Assembly (NCBI GenBank): GCA_002392835.1
Contig: DGHX01000016.1
Coordinates: forward strand, 96,923 to 145,958
From: Prevotella sp. UBA3837
GTDB lineage: Bacteria > Bacteroidota > Bacteroidia > Bacteroidales > Bacteroidaceae
Length of the DNA: 49,036 bases
Reading direction: 5' to 3'
Shown: positions 38,652 to 45,889 of the stretch, one piece after another
How the letters are laid out: each line of letters opens with the position of its first letter
Numbering within the stretch: position 1 is the stretch's first letter
Notes under the pieces: generated by a model
The model's database searches: none
Told to the model about the DNA's origin: nothing
The model's input: only the letters and a program-made list of their open reading frames with translations
Program-made: the position numbers and the translations under genes

Positions 38652-39509
38652 ATGAATAGCCGACCACTGATATTGATTTCAAACGACGACGGCTACGAGG
38701 CCAAGGGCCTGCGCTGCCTGGTAGAATACGTGCGGGAGCTGGGCGACGTCATCGTCTGCGCCCCCGACGGCCCGCGCTCGGGCTTCTCGTGCGCCTTCTC
38801 GTGCACCACGCCGCTCACGCTGACGCTGCGCGAGCGCCGGGAGGGCGTAGAGATATGGTCGTGCAACGGCACGCCCACCGACTGTGTGAAGATGGCTCTG
38901 CACGAGCTGGTGCCACGGCGCCCCGACCTGGTGCTGGGCGGCATCAACCACGGCGATAACGCATCGGTGAACAGCCACTACAGCGGCACCATGGGCGTGG
39001 TCATGGAGGGCTGCATGAAGTACATCCCCTCAGTGGCCTACTCACTGTGCGACTCGCGCAGCGATGCCGACTTTACCCCCCTGCGGCCATACATTGAGAA
39101 ATACACACGACAGGTGCTTGAGCAAGGGCTGCCCAAGGGCACGTGCCTGAACATCAACTTCCCGCTGCTGAAAGAGGAAAGTGGAAAGGGGAAAGAGGAA
39201 AGGGGAAAGGGGAAAGAGGAAAGTGGAAAGGGGAAAGAGAAAAGAGGAAAGGGGACAGAGGAAAGTGGCTACCGCGGTGTGAAAGTATGCCGCATGGCCT
39301 TTGGCACGTGGAGCAACGAGCTGACGAAGTGCCACCATCCGCGTGGCTACTACTACTACTGGATGGTGGGCCACTACCAGAACGACGAGCCACAGGCCGA
39401 GGACACCGACAACTGGGCCCTGCAGCACGGCTACGTGGCCATCACCCCCACCACCATGGACCTCACCGCCTACGAAGCCCTGCAGCAGATGAAGAGCTGG
39501 GAGCAGTAG
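38652..39509 (+). CDS. surE: 5'/3'-nucleotidase SurE (with in-frame repeat insertion)
   Basis: ILISNDDG, GTPTDCV, GGINHGDN, YSGT, LNINFP, TD..AL..GYVAITP. Confidence 0.95.
   Translation: MNSRPLILISNDDGYEAKGLRCLVEYVRELGDVIVCAPDGPRSGFSCAFSCTTPLTLTLRERREGVEIWSCNGTPTDCVKMALHELVPRRPDLVLGGINHGDNASVNSHYSGTMGVVMEGCMKYIPSVAYSLCDSRSDADFTPLRPYIEKYTRQVLEQGLPKGTCLNINFPLLKEESGKGKEERGKGKEESGKGKEKRGKGTEESGYRGVKVCRMAFGTWSNELTKCHHPRGYYYYWMVGHYQNDEPQAEDTDNWALQHGYVAITPTTMDLTAYEALQQMKSWEQ
39170..39267. repeat. 14 x 7-bp GAAAGNG tandem repeat inside surE
   Basis: Units gaaagag/gaaagtg/gaaaggg with a 21-bp higher-order period; encodes about 4.7 copies of KEESGKG. Confidence 0.92.
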
Positions 39510-39538
39510 GCTGCAGGCTTTTTATCCCAAAAAGGATT

Positions 39539-39657
39539 ACTCAACTTTCGCAAGTTTTGGAGTGAAAGGAGTGAAAGGAGTGTAGACGATAGTCTTGCTG
39601 TTCCGATACTCCTCCAAGATTCCTCCTCCGAAGGGAAAAACAAGGGTAAAGTCTATC
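39539..39657. repeat. Inverted partial copy of the element at 769-878
   Basis: Reverse complement of 769-878, with one substitution and one extra GGAGTGAAA unit. Confidence 0.92.
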
Positions 39658-39671
39658 TTTTACAAGTACAG

Positions 39672-39715
39672 AGAATGGGCTACCGGCAAGCCATACGGCT
39701 GCGGTAGCCCATTCT
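39672..39715. terminator. Hairpin between convergent genes (putative terminator)
   Basis: AGAATGGGCTACCG..CGGTAGCCCATTCT 14-bp stem with an inner AGCC/GGCT stem; no strong U-tract. Confidence 0.5.
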
Positions 39716-39735
39716 GCGGGTTTGGCAGTAGAGCC

Positions 39736-39900
39736 CTACTCCTCGTCGTCGGCCCAGTCGCGGCTGCTGCGGGCACCCAGGTCGGCGCCGGAGTCAGAGA
39801 CCTTGGCTTTCTCTGTGTTGTCACTCATGCCGTTGCCGAGCAGATGGTCGACATGCAGCTGTATAGCGGTGCACTGCGGCGCAAAATACGTCTTTTTCAT
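39736..39900 (-). CDS. Small 54-aa protein with MKKxYxxP leader-like N-terminus
   Basis: MKKTYFAPQCTAIQLHVDHLLGNGMSDNTEKAKVSDSGADLGARSSRDWADDEE*; starts 22 nt after the amylase stop; below the ORF-track cutoff. Confidence 0.7.
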   Translation of the reverse strand: MKKTYFAPQCTAIQLHVDHLLGNGMSDNTEKAKVSDSGADLGARSSRDWADDEE

Positions 39901-39922
39901 TATCGTGTCCTCCTGTCTTTAG

Positions 39923-42900
39923 TTATTTCACATAGCATTTCTTTCCTCCCACGATGTACAGGCCGTGGCGGGGTGCTGCCACGCGTTGTCCCTGCAGGTT
40001 GCAGATGACTGCAGGCTGCGGATGCACGGTGCCGTCGGCAGTGGTGAGCTCGCTGATGCCCGAGGGGTCGCCGCCGAAGACGGTCTTCAGGCGGGCCGGC
40101 AGCGGCGCTGCGGTTACCAGACTGGCGCGGAAGGGGTTCAGATAGGCTCCCTGGGTGGTGCCCACGCGCACGAACTCGCCGCTGGTGGAGTAGCCGTAGT
40201 AGGTGGTGCTCCCCTCGGTGGAGACGAGGTGCGTGCGGTCCATGACGCCCTGGAAGGTCAGGCCGTCCTTCTCCGTTGGCACCAGGCTTGTGGCGCTGAT
40301 GCTCTTCTGTCCCAGGCTGAGGAAGGGCTGCGCCGTGGCGGGCATGAAGAGGTAGGCGGTGTAGGCCTGCGGCTCCGTCACCTCGGCGAAGTGGACAGTG
40401 CCTGTGGCAGCGTCGTAGTTGTCGAGCTGATAGAAGGAGCCTGCAGCCTGGGCCTCCTCAGCGGTGAGGCTGAAGGGCAGGCAGACGGTGGACTTCGTGC
40501 CGGGCACGAAGGTGCGGTCGTAGCTGGCTGCCGTGGCCGTGAAGGTCTCGGTGGTGCCGAAGCTGTAGTTGCCGTCGGCGAGCAGCAGGCTCTGGCAGGT
40601 GCCGTCGATGATGGTGTTACAGGCGAAGTGTGCCGCCGTCTGGCTGGCACCGGCCTTCACCAGCGCGTTCTTGTTCACGCCACGGTCGAAGAAGCTGAAG
40701 TTCTGGTTTTCGGTGACGTCGACGAAGGTCTGGCTGACGCTGGTGGTGGCGATGGTCTGATACTGTCCGGCGGCATCGGCGTTTTTCACGATGGTGAGCG
40801 CCCCCACCTGCCAGATGTCGGCATCCGATGTCAGCCGTATCTTCAGTGCCTCCGCCTCGGTCAGCTCGTAGGTGGCCTGCACCTTCTGCCATCCGCCGTT
40901 GGTGCCCGGCACAGCATTGTCCACGGTGCCGTTGATGGCTACGGCCGATGGGGCACTGGCCTCTAGGCCCGTCAGCGCGGCGGTGGCGGTGGCCGTGCCG
41001 ACCCAGAGGTTCACGCTCTTGCCTGCCGTGCCACGCACGATGGCCTGCACGGTGTAGGTGGCGGCGGGATAGCAGACGGTCATCGACATGGCATCCTTGT
41101 CCGACGCCTTCGTCAGCTGTGCCACCGTCTCCGACGAGCCATTGTAGTTAGTGGCTGGGACAGCCGTTGCATTCTCCAGCACAGCTGCGGGTTGGAATGC
41201 CATCAGGTCGGCATTGCCCATACCGCTGGTGGTGTAGTAGGCGTTGTTGTGCAGCGCCAGGTTGGCGGTCTGGCTATTACCGTTGTTGCTGAAGAGCACC
41301 ATGTCGGGCACACCCTCGCTGACGTTTACCTCCATGCTCCAGCGATAGATGTCGTTACCGGTGCTCGATGTTCCCACCTTCGTCATGGACTGTCCGGGCC
41401 ATGTGCCTGTGTAATTCTTTCCTCCGCCGTAATAGTTCTTAGCCCAAGCCCAAATGCGAGTGTCTGCTCCCCATGGGCTGTCGAAATAGACATCGTAGTG
41501 CGATGAGCCGTCATAGCTCTCGTAGAACGAGGTGTAGTCGGCATACTTGCCGTCGTTGCCCTTCCAATAGCAGATGTATTCGTCGCCGGTGATTCCTTCG
41601 ATGTTGGACGACTGGTGCTCGTCATTGAAAGTGACGATAGCATTTACCGATGCTGCATGCACGGTCTGCTTATACCACGTGGTGCCGTCGGCCAGGGTGA
41701 CGGTCTGCGTCAGCTGTGCTCCGGGCCACTCACCATTGTATTTAGTGTCGCCGTTCCACAAGTAGAGATAGGGAGCGCCCTCGTTGTTGTCCTTCACGAA
41801 GATGTTGATGTCGTTGGCATTCTCCTCGTCGATGGCCTCGTAGGTCGCGGCTTTGTAGACATTGTCCCACAGGTAGAAGGCGAAGTTGTCGCCGCTGCAC
41901 ACCAGCGTATGCTGCCTGAGGTCGGGGTTGTTGGGCTGTCCGCAGAGCACGATGACGGAACCCTCCGTGCCCGTCACCTTCATGTAGTAGCCTCCGTCGA
42001 GGGCATACTGCTCGGTGATGGTGCTCTGGTTGGTGATGCCTGCCGCCGTGCGTGCAGCAATCATCTTCTTCAGCGACGGCTTGTAGAGCTTGTTCTGCCA
42101 GTGAGGCAGGAAGATGCAAGGCGTGCCGGGCAGTGCGAGGATGAAGGCGTTGGCAGCCAGCACGTTGTTGTTCACGCGGTCATAGTCATTGCGGTAGGTG
42201 TCGTGGTTGTCGACGAAGGTCACGGCATAGCGGCTCATCTCCGGGCTGCCGGCGATGCCCTTGTCGGAGAGCACCCCCCAGTTACCGTTGTTGAATGCCT
42301 CGTTCAGCTTGTACTTCAGGGGGAAGTCGAAGGCTGCCGAGCGGGGTGCGGAAGCATTGCCATACCGCTTGGTGTCGTTAATCCAGCCCACGACGTTGCT
42401 GTAGCTGGCATCCCAGTACTCGCCGACGGAGAACTCCGGTGCTGCCTGTGCGTAGTCGTTGTACATGCCCACATAGTAGCCGGCGTAGCCCTTCACCATG
42501 TCGTAGCGGTAGCCCACATAGCCCAGCTCCTGCTTCAGGAAGCTCAGATAGGCTTTGATGTTGCTCTGCACCGTGGCGTTGGTGTGGTCCAGGTCGCGGC
42601 ATCCGTCGAAGTTGTCCCCCTCGTCGTTGCTGGCGCTGCCGTCGCTGCTGTACTTTGTGCCGCCGTGCAGTCCGCCTTCGCTGGTGTACAGCTCGTCGTT
42701 GGCACAGATGCCCCACAGCCGTGTCATGTCCGTGGCCCAGGTGATGTTGTATGTGCCGTTGGTCGTCGTCACGCTCTCGTTGGGGAAGTCGGCCCATCCG
42801 GTGAGGCCGTTCTTGTGGTTGATGACCACATCCTCTATGATGCCCGTTCCCTTCGCTTTGAAGGTGCTGATCATGGTCTTCAGCTCCTCCTCGCTGCCGA

Positions 42901-43195
42901 AGCAGGTGTTGTGGCGCAGCCAGTAGACGGGCATATAGCCCATGTTCTGGTAGCCCCAGTTCCCTGCGCTGTTCCACCGGTCTTCTTTCGTCTGCCCCGA
43001 GTTGGGCACCCAGATGAGGTCGAAGTACTGCGACAGCTCGTCGGCCTGGCTGGTCAGCGTGCTCCATCGTGTGTCGTCATAGGAGTCCCAGTAGAATCCC
43101 TGCAGCATGACGCCGCCATAGTTGGCGGGCCATCCTTGCGCCATGCCGCAGAGCACGGTCAGCAAGATTACCAAGGTAGTAGCAAGTCTTTTCAT
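39923..43195 (-). CDS. Secreted GH13 alpha-amylase with two CBM26-like starch-binding modules and a T9SS-type C-terminal tail
   Basis: VMLQGFYWDS, DVVINH, RYDMVKG, VGEYWD, FVDNHD; YLYLW..GEWPG and IWAW..GTWPG modules; terminal NLQGQRV..GLYIVGGKK. Confidence 0.93.
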   Translation of the reverse strand: MKRLATTLVILLTVLCGMAQGWPANYGGVMLQGFYWDSYDDTRWSTLTSQADELSQYFDLIWVPNSGQTKEDRWNSAGNWGYQNMGYMPVYWLRHNTCFGSEEELKTMISTFKAKGTGIIEDVVINHKNGLTGWADFPNESVTTTNGTYNITWATDMTRLWGICANDELYTSEGGLHGGTKYSSDGSASNDEGDNFDGCRDLDHTNATVQSNIKAYLSFLKQELGYVGYRYDMVKGYAGYYVGMYNDYAQAAPEFSVGEYWDASYSNVVGWINDTKRYGNASAPRSAAFDFPLKYKLNEAFNNGNWGVLSDKGIAGSPEMSRYAVTFVDNHDTYRNDYDRVNNNVLAANAFILALPGTPCIFLPHWQNKLYKPSLKKMIAARTAAGITNQSTITEQYALDGGYYMKVTGTEGSVIVLCGQPNNPDLRQHTLVCSGDNFAFYLWDNVYKAATYEAIDEENANDINIFVKDNNEGAPYLYLWNGDTKYNGEWPGAQLTQTVTLADGTTWYKQTVHAASVNAIVTFNDEHQSSNIEGITGDEYICYWKGNDGKYADYTSFYESYDGSSHYDVYFDSPWGADTRIWAWAKNYYGGGKNYTGTWPGQSMTKVGTSSTGNDIYRWSMEVNVSEGVPDMVLFSNNGNSQTANLALHNNAYYTTSGMGNADLMAFQPAAVLENATAVPATNYNGSSETVAQLTKASDKDAMSMTVCYPAATYTVQAIVRGTAGKSVNLWVGTATATAALTGLEASAPSAVAINGTVDNAVPGTNGGWQKVQATYELTEAEALKIRLTSDADIWQVGALTIVKNADAAGQYQTIATTSVSQTFVDVTENQNFSFFDRGVNKNALVKAGASQTAAHFACNTIIDGTCQSLLLADGNYSFGTTETFTATAASYDRTFVPGTKSTVCLPFSLTAEEAQAAGSFYQLDNYDAATGTVHFAEVTEPQAYTAYLFMPATAQPFLSLGQKSISATSLVPTEKDGLTFQGVMDRTHLVSTEGSTTYYGYSTSGEFVRVGTTQGAYLNPFRASLVTAAPLPARLKTVFGGDPSGISELTTADGTVHPQPAVICNLQGQRVAAPRHGLYIVGGKKCYVK

Positions 43196-43248
43196 CTTGT
43201 GCTTTTACAAAAAATGGTTGTATGTTTATTAGGTTATCATCCAAGTTG

Positions 43249-43256
43249 CAAAGTTA
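43249..43256 (-). promoter_or_regulatory. -7 promoter box (TAACTTTG) for the amylase
   Basis: Consensus match 53 nt upstream of the ATG. Confidence 0.55.
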
Positions 43257-43313
43257 CGGTTTTTCAGCATACGGTGGTGCACGAAAGGACATGAAGCAGG
43301 CCCCGCAGCCATG

Positions 43314-43323
43314 CAAACGTTTG
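43314..43323. promoter_or_regulatory. Possible LacI-family operator CAAACGTTTG
   Basis: Perfect 10-bp palindrome with central CG, upstream of the amylase promoter. Confidence 0.35.
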
Positions 43324-43366
43324 TGCGCCACGGCTATATATGGCTGAGGCGTAGAAGTGATGCCGT

Positions 43367-44090
43367 TTTTCCTGCACCGCCATTGACAGTCAGCAGGTTA
43401 GAAAGGAGAACCTGCACCTGAACCTGCACCTGAACCTGCACCTAAGGCCGAACCCTTAGGCCGCAAGTCCCGAAGGGACGACAGAGCACAGGCAGGGGTG
43501 CAACCCCTGCACACAGAGCGAATCGGAAAAGCCCTGAAGGGGCGAAGGAATACAGGCAGGGGTGCAACCCCTGCACATAGAACGAATCGGAAAAGCCCCG
43601 AAGGGGCGAAGGAATGCAGGCAGGGGTGCAACCCCTGCAAGAATGCAGCAGCCCTTCGGGGCTAATCAACCGCACGGATTTGTCCGCGGCCCTGGTACTC
43701 TTTGTCCGCGGGCCGCGGACAAAGAGTACCAGGGCCGCGGACTATTTTTTGGTACTACTCAGTCCTTCTTACGCGTTTAACGTCTCGGAACTGCGTAGCT
43801 GTTCAAGTCATGCACCACCTGGCTACGGACTTCGAGCTACTGTACGACAATACTGACCCCACCCCTGCCCCTCCCATGCACTACCCTTTATACACATCTT
43901 AGGCAAGCGCGGAGCAATGCCCCACACGAAACGACACAGTTCCAGCCCCTAAGAGAGATGGGGAACGGCCTGCACTCGAGCGGAACGAAAGCGAAACTTA
44001 AATGAAGAACTCGTGGTGCAAGAAGTGGTGCAGGAAAAGGTGCCGGAAAAAGGGCGTAAACAACTGGCAGTCAGTACAGGTGCAGGAAAA
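43367..44090. mobile_element. Second nested-symmetry non-coding element
   Basis: TTTTCCTGCACC (43367-43378) / GGTGCAGGAAAA (44079-44090); 12-bp x3 tandems at 43408-43443 and mirrored at 44013-44048; central 61-bp perfect palindrome (43682-43742). Confidence 0.55.
43465..43663. repeat. REP-like 64-bp tandem x3
   Basis: GCAGGGGTGCAACCCCTGC hairpins at 43492, 43556 and 43620, alternating with GCCCYGAAGGGGC-like hairpins. Confidence 0.88.
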
Positions 44091-44273
44091 GGGGGTCAGA
44101 TCTCGCAAAAAGCGGAAGGCCACCCGCATGGACGTCACAGCCTACGAGTGTTTGGATGCCGACTACATCGAATAGTACCTATCCAGGAGGCAAATTACCT
44201 GATATCTTGCCCCCTGCAAGTAGAAAAATATCAGATAATTTGCCCCTTTGCCGTTTTTTATTATCTTTGCGGC

Positions 44274-44321
44274 ATGAAACGAAGAAATATTTTCAATGAA
44301 TTGCAGAAGCACCTGTCTTAA
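44274..44321 (+). pseudogene. 15-codon stub behind a consensus promoter, possibly an AAA-ATPase N-terminus
   Basis: TTTG(44239)-N19-TATCTTTG(44262), then MKRRNIFNELQKHLS*. Confidence 0.4.
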
Positions 44322-44483
44322 GTGTATGTTAAATAATAACTTGGTACAAATGAATTATTCACTGACCCCACCCCCGACCCCTTTGCAAAATAAATGAGCA
44401 AAAAAAATGCCACAAGGAAAGAAAAAGGTGCAGCGCCCGAAAGTACTTTCGCTCGGAAAAACAAAAATAAAATGTGATTTCAT

Positions 44484-44514
44484 TTTGTTTTTCGCTCGCT
44501 TATTCGTACCTTTG
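44484..44514 (+). promoter_or_regulatory. lpxB promoter TTTG-N19-TACCTTTG within a hairpin element
   Basis: Consensus -33/-7; GAAAAACAAAA (44456-44466) pairs with TTTTGTTTTTC (44483-44493). Confidence 0.7.
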
Positions 44515-44521
44515 CACCACG

Positions 44522-45760
44522 ATGAAATACTATCTTATAGCTGGCGAGGCCAGCGGCGATTTGCATGCCTCGCACCTCATGGCCGAGCTGCGGCGCCAGG
44601 ACGCACAGGCCGAGTTCCGCTTCTACGGCGGCGACCTGATGCTGCAGGCATGCGGCGGTAACGGTAACGATAACGCTAACAAAAACGCTGGCGCCAGCTG
44701 CGGCACGCTGGTGAAGCACTACCGCGAGCTGGCCTACATGGGTTTCGTGCCCGTGCTGCTCCACCTGCCCACCATCCTGCGCAACATGCGGCAGGCCAAG
44801 CGCGACATCAGACAGTGGCAGCCCGACGCCCTCATCCTGGTCGACTACCCGGGCTTCAACCTCAGCATAGCGAAGTATGTGAGGAAGTGGAAAGAGGAGA
44901 GCGGAAAGTGGAAAGAGGATACCCTTCCGCTGGTCTGCTACTATATCTCGCCGAAGATATGGGCGTGGAAGGAATACCGCATAAAGACCATCAAGCGCTG
45001 CATAGACCACCTGTACAGCATCCTGCCCTTCGAGGTGGACTTCTTCGAGCGCAAGCACCACTACCCCATCCACTACGTGGGCAACCCCACGGCCGACGAG
45101 GTGCGTGCCTTCCGCCAACAGGCAGCCGCCGGCAGCGACGACTTCCTGCAGCGCCACGGTCTGGAGCCCGGAAAGCCCGTCATAGCCCTGCTCTGCGGCA
45201 GCCGACGGCAGGAGATAAAGGACAACCTGCCCGCCATGCTGCAGGCCACCGATGCCCTGGCCGCCGACTACCAGGTGGTCATAGCCGGGGCACCGGCCAT
45301 AGAGCCCGACTACTACGCACCCCTGCTGCAAGGCCACCAGGCCCGCCTGTTGCCTGCCGGCAACACCTACGCACTGCTCCATCACGCCCACGCCGCACTT
45401 GTCACCAGCGGCACGGCAACCCTCGAGACGGCACTCTTCGGCGTGCCACAGGTGGTGTGCTACGCCATGTCGATGCCGCGCCTCATGGGCTGGCTGCGGC
45501 GCCGCGTGCTGAAAGTGAAATACATCTCGCTGGTGAACCTCATCGCCGACCGCGAAGTGGTGAGCGAGCTGGTGGCCGACTCCTTCACGCAGGAGAACCT
45601 CTGCCGCGAGCTGCAGGCCCTGCTGCCCGCTGACAGCCCCCGGCGCCAGCAGATGCTGCAGGGCTACCGCGAGGTGCAGAAGCGGCTGGGACAGCAGCGC
45701 GCTCCCGAGAACGCCGCACGACTCATCACGGAACAGCTGCACGGCCACGCCGAAGGCTGA
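44522..45760 (+). CDS. lpxB: Lipid-A-disaccharide synthase
   Basis: MKYYLIAGEASGDLH, LVDYPGFN, YYISPKIWAWK, ILPFE, YVGNP, GSR.QE, TSGTATLE. Confidence 0.96.
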   Translation: MKYYLIAGEASGDLHASHLMAELRRQDAQAEFRFYGGDLMLQACGGNGNDNANKNAGASCGTLVKHYRELAYMGFVPVLLHLPTILRNMRQAKRDIRQWQPDALILVDYPGFNLSIAKYVRKWKEESGKWKEDTLPLVCYYISPKIWAWKEYRIKTIKRCIDHLYSILPFEVDFFERKHHYPIHYVGNPTADEVRAFRQQAAAGSDDFLQRHGLEPGKPVIALLCGSRRQEIKDNLPAMLQATDALAADYQVVIAGAPAIEPDYYAPLLQGHQARLLPAGNTYALLHHAHAALVTSGTATLETALFGVPQVVCYAMSMPRLMGWLRRRVLKVKYISLVNLIADREVVSELVADSFTQENLCRELQALLPADSPRRQQMLQGYREVQKRLGQQRAPENAARLITEQLHGHAEG

Positions 45761-45821
45761 ACGGCGACGGCAGTAAATTCCCCCCAATACGTTAAAGTTT
45801 ATTATAAGTTGGCACCCATCG

Positions 45822-45852
45822 TTTGTCGTTTGGACACGATTCGCTAACTTTG
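45822..45852 (+). promoter_or_regulatory. Promoter TTTG-N19-TAACTTTG
   Basis: Consensus -33/-7 upstream of the ATG at 45890. Confidence 0.65.
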
Positions 45853-45889
45853 CATAGAATATTACGAACCTAACAGACAAAGACAGACT

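Noticed and set aside
769..39657. Composite transposon carrying the capsule locus
   Set aside because: The repeats encode no transposase, the right copy is truncated, the segment includes housekeeping surE, and I could not see a target-site duplication.
41615..43294. 559-aa plus-strand ORF
   Set aside because: Antisense shadow of the high-GC3 amylase gene; no recognisable motifs.
43465..43663. Possible CRISPR array (palindromic repeats at a 64-bp period)
   Set aside because: The intervening sequences are near-identical rather than unique spacers, there are only three units, and no cas genes are present.
43770..44180. Short coding-like fragments (VMHHLATDFELLYD; KRKATRMDVTAYECLDADYIE*)
   Set aside because: May be gene relics, but I cannot assign them to any family from sequence alone.
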